DNA of 64,000 nucleotides from a virus (taxonomy: Duplodnaviria; Caudoviricetes). The notes beneath the pieces were generated by a model. It saw only the letters and a program-made list of their open reading frames with translations. It had not been told where the DNA came from and did no database searches. The stretch spans positions 1,820-65,819 of the IMG/VR virus record IMGVR_UViG_3300037467_001075; one strand, given 5' to 3'. Shown in pieces: positions 36,054-45,544 of the stretch; within the stretch, counting starts at the first letter, position 1, and each line of letters begins with the position of its first letter. A program made the position numbers and the translations under genes.

Positions 36054-37751
36054 TTAAGGTGCCACCTTAGCATCGGCGAAGTTGCGCTTAAAGCCAGCTG
36101 ACTGCAGGGGAGCAACGTCCTCTTCCTTCACATGAAAGAGGCCATCACCGTCGATGCGGTACTCAATGCCACTCATGCCATATGCCACCATTGGTGTGTT
36201 CACTGGCGGTGGCAACATCGGCACCGTCGAAGCGGTAGAAAGATCGTAAGTCTCTTGACCGGACAGACGCTTCTTGATCGCCTCGTTCTCCTGGCGATAG
36301 TAATCCATGAGACCTTCGTGAGCAATCGACCCGACCAGGAGTTCAGTGAAGCCCCACACCAAGGCATCCATCCGGTCCGGCGAATAACCCATGTTCCCGG
36401 CTTCGGTATACTCGCAGAGTTGATCCTCGAGTTCGGGGAAGTAGCCAACGTGGTGAACCTTGTGCTGTTCGTAGAGCTGCGACACGGGCTCAGCGCGAAC
36501 AATCTTGCCTCGCGTTGCATGAACAGCCTTGATCGGGACGAAGTCAGCTGTGCGGTGACCTTCTTCCTTCAGCGACTTACCAGCCTGACGCAGAACAGCG
36601 GCAACCATCTCACCGCCCTGATTGGCTTCATAGACAATTTGATCGGCCGCCCAGTCGTCATATGCCTGCACTGCGACACGGCCCCACTCTTCGGGGGTAC
36701 CATGAAGCGACAGATCCTCGAGCAAGTAACCGTGACCTTCAGCAGTCTTGCCAACAACAACGATACCGGTTTCTGCATATGCAGTCGCCTTATACTCATC
36801 GCTCTGCTTCTTATTCTCGGACCGCTTCTGCTGAACTTCCTTCGCAGGATCAACCGCGACAAGAACACGAACAAAGTGAGGCAAGACAACCGGGGTGACA
36901 CTATCGACTGGAGTAATACGGTCATCATCGATCATAGTCCGGTTCCACAGGGCGCCGGGCACATCATCAAGGATTTCTGCGTTTAGCTCCTGTCGACCAA
37001 TGCGAGTTCCCTGGTACTTATCAACCACCGCCTTACGGAACGGAGGTGCGAGATTGACCAGGTTTTCCATCGTCGAGCCCTTGGTCAGGGCCGTATCACT
37101 CCGAAGGATAATGTCCTTCAGAAGCCTAAGTGGTCGAGGCGTTGTAGTAACGATCTGCTTGGGATGGTCGCCAAGACGGAGTCCGAACTGAAGGTTATCC
37201 CACGCCTCCTGGGCGTATCTCCACTTGCAAAGCTCGTCGCACCAGGCACCGTCGAATTGGGGACCACGAAGCGAGTCAAAATCCTCTGCGGAGAAAAGGG
37301 TAGCAATAGCGCCATTTGGCCAGACGAGGCGTCGCTTAGAAGGGAAGTACTCAGGACGGAAATCCCGCGGAGAACAGGCAAGGATCCCTGACTCACCTTC
37401 CACCATAACGTCTCGCGCATCAGCGGAGTCCTCAGCAACCAATGCAATTCTTCGACAGGTCCCTTCGCGAACCCACTTAATAACTGTCTCTGCTCCGCAT
37501 CGAGTCTTTCCGAAACCGCGACCTGCCAGAATAAGCCATGTGACCCAATGTTCGCCATTTGGGAGAACCGCGTCGGGCTCAAGTTGATTGGGCCGCGCCC
37601 AAAGTTCCCAGGTGTGGAGGAGTTCATCGGCTTCTTCATCCGTTAAGTTTTCGGAAAGCTTCGCAAGGTCGATAGTCTTGAGGTGGTGACTACGAAGCAG
37701 CTTTCCGTCGATTACCTTGTTCAGCTGCTCGCCGCTTTCGTCCCCGCTCAT
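36054..37751 (-). CDS. Terminase large subunit
   Basis: AGRGFGKTR, LRGPQFD.AW.DE, TTTP, VAVDP, SPDRMDALVW; start placed at ATG 37751. Confidence 0.95.
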   Translation of the reverse strand: MSGDESGEQLNKVIDGKLLRSHHLKTIDLAKLSENLTDEEADELLHTWELWARPNQLEPDAVLPNGEHWVTWLILAGRGFGKTRCGAETVIKWVREGTCRRIALVAEDSADARDVMVEGESGILACSPRDFRPEYFPSKRRLVWPNGAIATLFSAEDFDSLRGPQFDGAWCDELCKWRYAQEAWDNLQFGLRLGDHPKQIVTTTPRPLRLLKDIILRSDTALTKGSTMENLVNLAPPFRKAVVDKYQGTRIGRQELNAEILDDVPGALWNRTMIDDDRITPVDSVTPVVLPHFVRVLVAVDPAKEVQQKRSENKKQSDEYKATAYAETGIVVVGKTAEGHGYLLEDLSLHGTPEEWGRVAVQAYDDWAADQIVYEANQGGEMVAAVLRQAGKSLKEEGHRTADFVPIKAVHATRGKIVRAEPVSQLYEQHKVHHVGYFPELEDQLCEYTEAGNMGYSPDRMDALVWGFTELLVGSIAHEGLMDYYRQENEAIKKRLSGQETYDLSTASTVPMLPPPVNTPMVAYGMSGIEYRIDGDGLFHVKEEDVAPLQSAGFKRNFADAKVAP

Positions 37752-38220
37752 GAAGACTGCCGGGTTCGGGCGGCGGGAGGAGCTTGACGGCCTTGGGGGC
37801 TTCCGCCTTAAGTACTTCAGGCTCTTCTTCACCGCTCCCTGTGGGAACGTTCCCTTCAGCCTGGAGCCGCGCAATCTTATTGAGCAGTCTCGCTCTGGCG
37901 CCCGTAACATCAATTCCTCCGCTCAGCTCAAGCTTGTTCGCCCTGTCGAACTTGTCCGGACGTCGAGCCTTGAGAATGGCCAACATAAGTGGATCTGATT
38001 TCTTCAGAGCACGTTCCGTTGCAACGTCCTCGATGAAGTCGGTGCCATCTTCGATTGCTTCGTCCCAGTCGGCGGCGAAGTTTGCATCGTCGGCTCGCCA
38101 ACGCTTCATGATCGAAGTCGTCGCTCCGGCGGCCATCGCTGCTTTCGAGACTGAGTCACCCGCGGCTAGACAATCGAGGAAGATCTTCCTGGATCTGAAG
38201 GTGCGGACGAAACGAGACAT
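37690..38220 (-). CDS. Terminase small subunit
   Basis: HTH N-terminus, F...WDEA, SD.L...LKARRP.KF; upstream of TerL. Confidence 0.85.
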   Translation of the reverse strand: MSRFVRTFRSRKIFLDCLAAGDSVSKAAMAAGATTSIMKRWRADDANFAADWDEAIEDGTDFIEDVATERALKKSDPLMLAILKARRPDKFDRANKLELSGGIDVTGARARLLNKIARLQAEGNVPTGSGEEEPEVLKAEAPKAVKLLPPPEPGSLHERGRKRRAAEQGNRRKAAS

Positions 38221-38283
38221 GGACGGTTGATCTTTCGACGCGTTGAAGATATTATGTAGTCATTCCCCATCGAGGAGTGATAC

Positions 38284-39006
38284 ATGGCACGAACAAGAAA
38301 ATCCCATGAGAGTGGTAAAGAGGAAGTGAAGTCCTCAGGTGCGAAGCTAAAGCCCGCATACGCCGCTAATGGTCGTGATCCTTTCGTAGTGTATGCTGAT
38401 CTGCAGCGCGAGGGTGATCCTTATGCGCGGGTGCTTGTGTTGAAGTTCGCGGCCGAGTACGCGGCGCAGCACTTTATCTCGACGCTAATCCACAACGACG
38501 GTTTTGAGTGGATCGATCCTATTGGGAAGCGAAAGTGCATCAAGACCACAGGTGGTGTCCGGATCAGCATGTTCGGTGACGATCTGCAGAGGATCCTGGA
38601 CTACAAATGCTCGGAGGCCGAGAAGGCTTGGCAGGATGAGCAGATGAAGCAACAAGTGCTTCGCTTCAAGTACGGCACTCATGAGGCGGCGAAGAAAGAT
38701 GATAACGAGGAACGCACAGACGGAACCAATGAGACGCTTGGTGACGGTGCAACCAAGAGCAAGTCTAAGCGAGGAGCAGCTCGAACTCCTAAGGAACCTA
38801 AAGCGAAGGTTGATAAGTCAGGCTTCGTCTCAGCAATCGACATCGCCAAGGAACTCAAACTCGAAGGACGCGAAGTCCGAGTAGCGCTTAGAGCCTCGGG
38901 ACTGAAGAAGCCCGACATCGGCTGGATGTGGCCCAAGGACAGCAAAGAGTTGAAGGAAGCTAGAAAGCTGATCGAGGCCAACCTGAAGAAGAAAGCCAAG
39001 AAGTGA
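38284..39006 (+). CDS. DNA-binding protein with C-terminal HTH (paralogue of 58489-58986)
   Basis: LRFKYGT motif and DIAKEL...VR..LR...KP..GW; promoter TTGATC-17-TATTAT at 38227-38255. Confidence 0.75.
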   Translation: MARTRKSHESGKEEVKSSGAKLKPAYAANGRDPFVVYADLQREGDPYARVLVLKFAAEYAAQHFISTLIHNDGFEWIDPIGKRKCIKTTGGVRISMFGDDLQRILDYKCSEAEKAWQDEQMKQQVLRFKYGTHEAAKKDDNEERTDGTNETLGDGATKSKSKRGAARTPKEPKAKVDKSGFVSAIDIAKELKLEGREVRVALRASGLKKPDIGWMWPKDSKELKEARKLIEANLKKKAKK

Positions 39007-39209
39007 CCAAGCAAGAAGCCTATGAGATTGTCAACCGGGGATATGGTAAGGGTTATGTCGTCAAGGTTCTTGAGGTCATCGAGCGCAAAGGTCTTACCCT
39101 CATTCGGTATAAGGTCACCGCTGACCGAGACGGCTTTGTCGAATATCGCGTTAAGGGGTGGGGGTCTGCAATGTCCGGATGGGACTATCCGTATCGTCGC
39201 AGGTGGTAA
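39003..39209 (+). CDS. Hypothetical protein
   Basis: GTGA overlap with upstream gene. Confidence 0.55.
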   Translation: MTKQEAYEIVNRGYGKGYVVKVLEVIERKGLTLIRYKVTADRDGFVEYRVKGWGSAMSGWDYPYRRRW

Positions 39210-39210
39210 C

Positions 39211-39248
39211 AAAAAGGCCGGCGACCGGGGGCATGGTCACCGACCTTT
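39211..39248 (-). terminator. Rho-independent (probably bidirectional) terminator
   Basis: AAAGGTCGGTGACC-ATGCCCCC-GGTCGCCGGCCTTTTT between converging genes. Confidence 0.75.
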
Positions 39249-39276
39249 CCGTGTCCCTCCAGGGGTGAAGGGACTA

Positions 39277-39747
39277 CTAGACGCGAGTACCGGACTTCGA
39301 CGAGTTGTCCGTGCCGACAGAGTCGACGAAACCGGCCGCATCTTCCTGGACACCGTTCATCGCGGCATCATAGGAGCCCGGAGGGGCATAAGCGACGCGA
39401 CCATGATCGTTGCGAACGACGCCAGCCGGATCGGGTCCGACCGCAGCACCCGGAACGATGTTCTCGCCGGCGTCATCGGCAACAGCCGTATCGGCCTGCG
39501 TCGAAGGATCCGTCACATCCTTGACCGGCAATTCGGTCGAAGCGACATGGCGATCTTCGGTTTCCGACGCGGACTCGGTCAGAGTCGCGTTCGGCTCATT
39601 CGGGTTGCGCGGGTCGTCCTGGATCGGACCACCATCGGCCGACGTCTTGGAGGCGTTGTCGATTTCCTCCTTGGTCGGGTTGTCCTTGTCGACCGAAGCC
39701 AGCGACTGCTTGCCGGCACCGACGTTATCACCACTGAAAGTACTCAT
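39277..39747 (-). CDS. Acidic, probably disordered hypothetical protein
   Basis: GAGGAGG RBS, highly-expressed codon bias, D/T/A/P-rich. Confidence 0.7.
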   Translation of the reverse strand: MSTFSGDNVGAGKQSLASVDKDNPTKEEIDNASKTSADGGPIQDDPRNPNEPNATLTESASETEDRHVASTELPVKDVTDPSTQADTAVADDAGENIVPGAAVGPDPAGVVRNDHGRVAYAPPGSYDAAMNGVQEDAAGFVDSVGTDNSSKSGTRV

Positions 39748-39838
39748 ATCATTCCTCCTCGGATCGATCCCTCAAATGCCACAACGCTCGTCAGCGTAAA
39801 TGGTTCCACCAATGTAACATCACCCAGGAGCACCGTCA

Positions 39839-40072
39839 ATGGCTAAAGAGAAACGGGATAAGCCGCCGCCTGGTGGCTGGATGGGGCCACCTCGAACAAC
39901 AGGCCTCAAAGGACTTCGTGAAGCAGTTGGATCAAAGAAAGGAAAATGGATATGGAAGGACATACCACAGAAGGCCAAGGATCGTCGACTTCGCAAGGAG
40001 TGGGAACGGCGGATGTCCAAAGCGGATGCGAAAGGGCATTGGCATTTCCCGTGGCCTCCGAAGGACGAGTAG
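39839..40072 (+). CDS. Basic hypothetical protein
   Basis: AGGAG RBS; 77 aa. Confidence 0.5.
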   Translation: MAKEKRDKPPPGGWMGPPRTTGLKGLREAVGSKKGKWIWKDIPQKAKDRRLRKEWERRMSKADAKGHWHFPWPPKDE

Positions 40073-40764
40073 TCCTAGATCATGGCTATGTGAAGTTGAG
40101 AAACCTCGCAGGTCCGACCCGGCGCCGAGACTTGGAGTTCGACGCAATTGACATCGATCCAGCTCAGGCTGCTCGAATGTCGTTCGATCAGATGGACAGT
40201 GATCGCACCTATGAGGACGATATGAAGCTTAACCGCTATCTCCTCAAGAACATGCACACCAGTCCCTTCGAAATGATTTCGGTATGGGTCGAAGTGAAGG
40301 TGCCGATCTTCGTTGACCGTCAGCTTGTCAGACATCGGACGTGGCGACGCAACGAGTCTTCCGGCCGTTACATCGTTTTGCCCGACGAGTGGTATATCCC
40401 ACAGGTTGTCGGCGGTAAGGCACCGAATGCCAAGCAAGGTCAAGCAGACACTCTTGACCAGATTACTCAATCGAAGTTCAAGACCGACTTGAACGATCAA
40501 TGCCGAGAAAGCTACGATCTTTACAAGTACTACATCGATGAAGGTGTGGCGCCAGAGCATGCTCGGATGTTTCTCCACCTCAACCACTACGTTCATTGGT
40601 TGGGCAATGTCGACTTGGGCAATATGTTCAAGTTTCTTGCCCTACGAGCTCACAGTCATGCACAGATAGAGGCTCAGGCTTATGCGTTTGCGATCATCGA
40701 TCTGCTGCGTCCTCGTCTGCCCGGTCTCATGAGCCTATTCGACGAGTTGGTGAAGCGTCCATGA
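39946..40764 (+). CDS. thyX: Flavin-dependent thymidylate synthase (probable start GTG 40051)
   Basis: LDHGYV, AARMSF, HTSPFE, PIFV.RQ..RHRTWRRNESSGRY, APE.AR, HAQ.E. Confidence 0.95.
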   Translation: MDMEGHTTEGQGSSTSQGVGTADVQSGCERALAFPVASEGRVVLDHGYVKLRNLAGPTRRRDLEFDAIDIDPAQAARMSFDQMDSDRTYEDDMKLNRYLLKNMHTSPFEMISVWVEVKVPIFVDRQLVRHRTWRRNESSGRYIVLPDEWYIPQVVGGKAPNAKQGQADTLDQITQSKFKTDLNDQCRESYDLYKYYIDEGVAPEHARMFLHLNHYVHWLGNVDLGNMFKFLALRAHSHAQIEAQAYAFAIIDLLRPRLPGLMSLFDELVKRP

Positions 40765-41258
40765 TTTCAGAAGCGGGCATCAGCTCGGACAAGAAATATC
40801 GCTGGTGGTTGTTCAGGTGTTGGGCGGCGCATCTGCCGCTCATCATCTGGATCATGATGAACCCATCGACCGCCGATCACCAGAAGAATGATCCGACGAT
40901 CCTAAAGATCATTCGCTACTCGAAGAAGTGGGGTTACGGCGCAGTACTCGTCTTGAATATCTACGCGTTCAGGTCATCGAGACCAGAAAACCTTCCACAG
41001 GTGATGAAGGATGCTGTGGGCAAGGCGAATGATTGGTGGATCCGCACGATCTTCAGGTTTGCGGTGCGGAAGAAGATCCCCGTCGTCTGCGCATGGGGAG
41101 TAAAGCATAAGGAACGCGGGGCCCAGATAAGGGTTGTAGCAGACGAAGCTGGCCTGCAACTGATGTGTTTGGAGCTCGCTCTAAACGCCGAACCCAAGCA
41201 CCCGCGGTTCCTGTCGGAAGATTTGCGCCCCCGACCTCTTCAGTCTAAGCGACGCTAG
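40761..41258 (+). CDS. DUF1643 family protein
   Basis: YR..L.R.W, MMNPSTAD...NDPT, NIYAFR, AWG, PKHP. Confidence 0.9.
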   Translation: MISEAGISSDKKYRWWLFRCWAAHLPLIIWIMMNPSTADHQKNDPTILKIIRYSKKWGYGAVLVLNIYAFRSSRPENLPQVMKDAVGKANDWWIRTIFRFAVRKKIPVVCAWGVKHKERGAQIRVVADEAGLQLMCLELALNAEPKHPRFLSEDLRPRPLQSKRR

Positions 41259-41266
41259 AACCATTG

Positions 41267-41560
41267 TCAACCTTTTTTACCAAGACCGAGGTTCAGCATG
41301 ACTTTAATCTCAAGCATACAGCTGAAGATCTGTCGCTGAACCTCGGTATTTTCACGGATGGCTTCAGTGAGCAGGGTCATGCTCATGTTGTCCATCAAGG
41401 TAGCGCCGGCGATGTGAAGTTGGTCGGTCTTCTTCTCACTCAGTCGCTTGAACCCCTTGCGAAAGCCGAAGGCGGTCGCTATCGCAGTCACCACGAAAGT
41501 AGCAACCGCTCCAGCGACTACATTCCAATCGACATTAGCGGCCTGTAAGGCTGCGAACAT
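41267..41560 (-). CDS. Single-TM membrane protein (holin/antiholin-like)
   Basis: AGGAG RBS, N-terminal TM helix and helical tail. Confidence 0.55.
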   Translation of the reverse strand: MFAALQAANVDWNVVAGAVATFVVTAIATAFGFRKGFKRLSEKKTDQLHIAGATLMDNMSMTLLTEAIRENTEVQRQIFSCMLEIKVMLNLGLGKKG

Positions 41561-42056
41561 TGGACTGCTCCTCGGATCCAACAGGAGTGAGCTCACGCAG
41601 CCTTCGGTTCGCTTCTGCTTCGACGACATCAGCAGCCGAGCGGAACGAGGAGTAGATATCTGCGAGCATGTGCCATCCATAGATGACGATGCCTAACACG
41701 GCACCTGACCTGAACAAGCCGGCAGCGATGAAGAACCACACGCATACGGATAGAAACGAGGTCAAGAGTCTTATCTGGGGTGTTCGGCACCAGAAGCCGT
41801 TCACTGTCAAGGCGACAAGCCTCGATCCACCCATGACAAAGGCGAACATGCCCCATACTTGCTGCGGGGCCCAATTGGTTAAGGGTTGAAAGAACGCCTG
41901 GTACTCTGGACGAACGAACAGGCCTGGCATAAGGAGGACAATGGATCCCCATGCGAGAAGGCAAGAGGCACTCCACCATTCGATAGCTCGAACTTCGAAG
42001 TGTCGCTTCATCTCGACGATAAGCATATCATTTCCCATCTGGTCTCGGTTTCCCAC
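41535..42056 (-). CDS. Multi-TM membrane protein, possibly lysis-associated
   Basis: About four hydrophobic helices; preceded by the late-type promoter. Confidence 0.65.
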   Translation of the reverse strand: MGNRDQMGNDMLIVEMKRHFEVRAIEWWSASCLLAWGSIVLLMPGLFVRPEYQAFFQPLTNWAPQQVWGMFAFVMGGSRLVALTVNGFWCRTPQIRLLTSFLSVCVWFFIAAGLFRSGAVLGIVIYGWHMLADIYSSFRSAADVVEAEANRRLRELTPVGSEEQSNVRSLTGR

Positions 42057-42075
42057 CCCGGTTAACTGTTGCGAA

Positions 42076-42113
42076 CAATGGCTATAGTTATACCAGGCGG
42101 GGATTTAAGAGAT
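42076..42113 (-). promoter_or_regulatory. Putative late promoter (second copy)
   Basis: ATCTCTTAA-N12-TATAA-N-TATAGCCATTG identical in conserved blocks to portal promoter. Confidence 0.7.
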
Positions 42114-42159
42114 TTCGTGCGCGTGATATGATGTAGTCATCTATGCCACAGGAGGAAGC

Positions 42160-42546
42160 ATGTTTGCCTTTTCGGATAAAGATTGGCCGGGTATCGCCAA
42201 GATGGTTGAAGAATGCGGCGAGTTGCAGGAGGTCTTGCCACTCGTGATCCTCATGAAGTCCCTTGGGAAGATCACCCAGACGCAAGGAAAGCTCATGATG
42301 ATCCAAGGTGGCACCGATCATTGGTCCGGTGACCTCCGAAAGGCTATGATCGAGGAGATGGCTGATGTGATAGCCTCGATCCGCTTCGTCGGTGAGCATA
42401 ACCTGAGCAAGCGGGAGCGAAAGATGATCGCCACTCGCGTCGAAAAGAAGATGCAACGCTTCGAGAAGTGGCATAGAGGCGCACAGGTGCAACAGCGGAT
42501 AGCGAAAAATCAATCCAAGGCGAAAACGCGACGACGCAATGCATGA
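42160..42546 (+). CDS. MazG-like NTP pyrophosphohydrolase
   Basis: K.VEECGEL and EEMADV acidic helices; AGGAGG RBS. Confidence 0.7.
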   Translation: MFAFSDKDWPGIAKMVEECGELQEVLPLVILMKSLGKITQTQGKLMMIQGGTDHWSGDLRKAMIEEMADVIASIRFVGEHNLSKRERKMIATRVEKKMQRFEKWHRGAQVQQRIAKNQSKAKTRRRNA

Positions 42547-42656
42547 TGACGCGTCGATGACCTCGAAAACGCGCCTAAGGCGCCCAAAATCGACGTTTTG
42601 GATGCCTTAGAACGCGTGTTCAACGTGCATTGATCGATGACGACGCAATGACGGGT

Positions 42657-43813
42657 TCAACGACCTCGGGCGTCTTGCGTCAATTCCTTGCGAGCGTCGG
42701 GATTGTTCCATCGCTGCAGTTGTTCGTCTCGATGAGCTCGAAATAGGAAGCCATACCAGACCCGATCACCACGCTCAAAGCTTCGGCACGGATAGAAGTC
42801 TGTGGGCTCGGGTCGAGGATGCTTTGGTACCGACAACCAGAATGGTGCGGGCTCACGGTAGCTCTCATTCATGATCTTGCTTGCGGCTGCTCGGAGCGTT
42901 ATAGTACCGAGCCACTCAAAGTTATTCGGATCATGCCACTTAGTAGCTCGGGGAGTCTCACGCTTTCGAGGTGAAACATCCTCACCTGCTTCCTTGCGGC
43001 GTTTACGTTCTGCGCGTCGTTCTGCTGCTCTCAGCTTCTTCAGCCGAACGCGCTCAAAGGGATCAGCCTTCTTAGCGGCTTCGCGCTCCTTACGACTGCG
43101 ACGGGCCATTGCCGTTCATCTGAATAGCGTTGGTGGGCTTCTCGGCCTGATGACGGTCGATGTCCTTCAGCCAATTCCTGAAGCCGAGGTTCTTCGTCTG
43201 TCCCTGGTAACCGCAGAGCATATCGAACTTGCCCTCTTCGCGGTGTTCCCACAGCTGAATGTAGACGTTGCAGTATTCCATGCTCAGGCCGATCAGGCCG
43301 TTCTTGATTGCAGAAATATCCACGCCGGAGATTGCATAGTCGCCGAGCCCGATCTTCGCTTTCGGACTGACCTGTTCCACAGTCACATAGCAACGGAACC
43401 GTGCGATAGGAACAGCAACGGTAAGGATCTGCTCGCAGAGGGCAATAGCCTCGTTGTCCTTTTCCCCTTCCTCGCTTAATGCGGGGGCTTGATCCATGAT
43501 GAGAGACTCACCGAGTTGGACACGGGCCAGTCCCAGGACTCTCTGTAACGCTTGTGAGGCTTGCACTGTATTCTCCTTAGATAAAGATCTTGGCGATGCG
43601 GCGGAGGTTGTCGCAGTCGTTGTCGAAGGTTTCGTTCTGATCCTTCAGGTCGAGCACAAGCAGTTGCGCGTCCTGATCGTGTCGCTCCTCGACATTCAGC
43701 CTGCTCATCAGCTCGAGGTTCTCAAGTGAACGCTGATCCTGCATTTCTGCGTGAGTGTTCAGGATCGACGCTACCTGCATTGCGTCCTCGTCGCTAATCA
43801 TCACCATCCGCAT
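42657..43813 (-). other. Three hypothetical CDS (42657-43109, 43090-43566, 43577-43813)
   Basis: Contiguous ORFs with RBSs; promoter TTGCTC-17-CATAAT at 43844-43872. Confidence 0.6.
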
Positions 43814-43877
43814 GTTCGTTCTCCGTTGCGTTTCGATGCGTTGATTATGCGACCAAGACGTCCCGGGAGCAACTGGA

Positions 43878-44843
43878 TTATTCTGTGAAATCCCATTCTG
43901 GCCGGAAGTCGACGAACTCAACGAAGTTCGGATGGCGAGGCTTATCCTTCTCGCCCACCTTCTGCTTTTTGTACCGAACCAACTTGTTCTTAAGCGCCAG
44001 AGGATCCCGCTGTATGATCTTCCACAGCTCGCGTCGTTGCTCAGCAGAAAATCCTCCACCGACACGGACCTCGACCTTAGTCGAGCAATCCTCAAGGATA
44101 AAGCCTCCGAGAGTTCCCTTAGGCTTTTTGCCTTCTTTGGATGAAGATCTCTTTTGCTTGCCCGTTGCATCGCGCTTCGCCTCATTGGTATTCTCCTGTT
44201 CCTCGAACCATCCCTTGATCCGGCCTTCGGCGTCGATGAATGGCTTATACTTGAGCATGAACTGCTCTCTTAAGGTGGACTTACCTTCTTTATATGGCCC
44301 ATGGATCGAGCGTGTAATGATGCCTTCATATCCACGTTCAAGACAGCGGCTAGCATATCGTTCAAGCTCGCCGGCGTCGGATAGCAGCTTGTGTCGTAGG
44401 AACCTGATGCGGTCATGACCAAGGTCGGTAACGATCTGCTCGGCAAGCTGTAAACGGTCTCTAAAGCCATAACCAAGCTGTGGGGTATCGAAGACCCACA
44501 GGGTGAAGTCAGGTTTGCCGTCTCCATTCGTGACACCGGAGGAAGTGCGTTGCAGAACCCCTTTACCCCGCTTATCCCCAACGACGAGCTCTCCATCGAG
44601 GAGAGGATCTGGTCCATCAAAAAGCTTGGATAGTTCTGATCGAACGAACGGATTGCGAAAGGGTCCCAGACGGCTGGTGAGCGGTTGACGGCCGACGAGG
44701 CAACGGAAGCCATCAATCTTGGGCGATGCGTAGCACGGAAGCTGAACCTGTGAGAGCTCATCGAGGGCTACTCCTTTCATGGGACGCTTAATCATGGTAT
44801 CTATATGCCCCATCTTGATTGTTGAACCTAAAGACGATTGCAC
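43878..44843 (-). CDS. ATP-dependent DNA ligase
   Basis: KIDGFR, LDGEL, VFD, GYEGII, Y..GKST, LKYK, RHP.F. Confidence 0.95.
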   Translation of the reverse strand: MQSSLGSTIKMGHIDTMIKRPMKGVALDELSQVQLPCYASPKIDGFRCLVGRQPLTSRLGPFRNPFVRSELSKLFDGPDPLLDGELVVGDKRGKGVLQRTSSGVTNGDGKPDFTLWVFDTPQLGYGFRDRLQLAEQIVTDLGHDRIRFLRHKLLSDAGELERYASRCLERGYEGIITRSIHGPYKEGKSTLREQFMLKYKPFIDAEGRIKGWFEEQENTNEAKRDATGKQKRSSSKEGKKPKGTLGGFILEDCSTKVEVRVGGGFSAEQRRELWKIIQRDPLALKNKLVRYKKQKVGEKDKPRHPNFVEFVDFRPEWDFTE

Positions 44844-45186
44844 CCGGTACCAAGTAGTCCGGGAACTCGGTCCGCATTATCTCCAAGGCTTCCATGTGCC
44901 CGATCAGTTGCGGGATGAAGATTGTTTGCTCCTTGAACTTCATCGTCTCGTTGGCGATGATCCCGCGGTGCAAGGTGATGTCGATCCGACACTCGTTCCA
45001 GGACACCGCTGTATGATTGCGGTCTTCGAACCACCACAGGTTCGCGAGGTCTGATCGCTGGTGATACGGCGCAAGGTGCTTGACCTTGTAGTTGTCGAAT
45101 ACCTCGCTCTCAATCGGGCGAAGATCCTTCGAGTAGAGTTGTCGTGGTTCGCCGTGCTCCAGTCGACCGTAGAATAGCAGCGGCAT
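44788..45186 (-). CDS. Hypothetical protein
   Basis: Coupled to neighbours. Confidence 0.55.
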   Translation of the reverse strand: MPLLFYGRLEHGEPRQLYSKDLRPIESEVFDNYKVKHLAPYHQRSDLANLWWFEDRNHTAVSWNECRIDITLHRGIIANETMKFKEQTIFIPQLIGHMEALEIMRTEFPDYLVPGAIVFRFNNQDGAYRYHD

Positions 45187-45467
45187 CAGCGTCTCTTCTT
45201 CTTTGGCGGTGGTGATCGTGACGGCGGCTTGGTCGAGATAGGTTCCTCGCCGAGCGGCAGGTAAATCGTCTGAGGATAATAACCTAGGGCCTCAGGTATT
45301 TGCAACCCTGCGGTCTGAACCTTACGCATGAAGGCTGAAGCTGCTTGCGGCGTGATGTCGTTATCCGTTGCCCATGAGCTAAGGGTCGACTCTCGTGCCG
45401 CTTCCCTAAGCAAACGCCGAAGCTGCTTTTCGGTTATCGCTGACTTGGGGATCTTGTTCTTTTTCAT
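45186..45467 (-). CDS. Cro/XRE-like HTH protein
   Basis: LSSWA..NDITPQ..S.F.R...G..I..ALGY. Confidence 0.55.
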   Translation of the reverse strand: MKKNKIPKSAITEKQLRRLLREAARESTLSSWATDNDITPQAASAFMRKVQTAGLQIPEALGYYPQTIYLPLGEEPISTKPPSRSPPPKKKRR

Positions 45468-45544
45468 GGGATGCTCCGACGGTGAGGGGCCGCGGGGGGC
45501 TTGGGAGGCGGGGGACCGCGACCCCTCGTCGAGTAGAAGGTGCG

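Noticed and set aside
43824-43872. Eighth copy of the leader hairpin
   Set aside because: Promoter is good (TTGCTC-17-CATAAT) and ends in GCAAC-GGAG but the stem does not pair and loop differs; only shares CATCGAAACG with the 53570 leader
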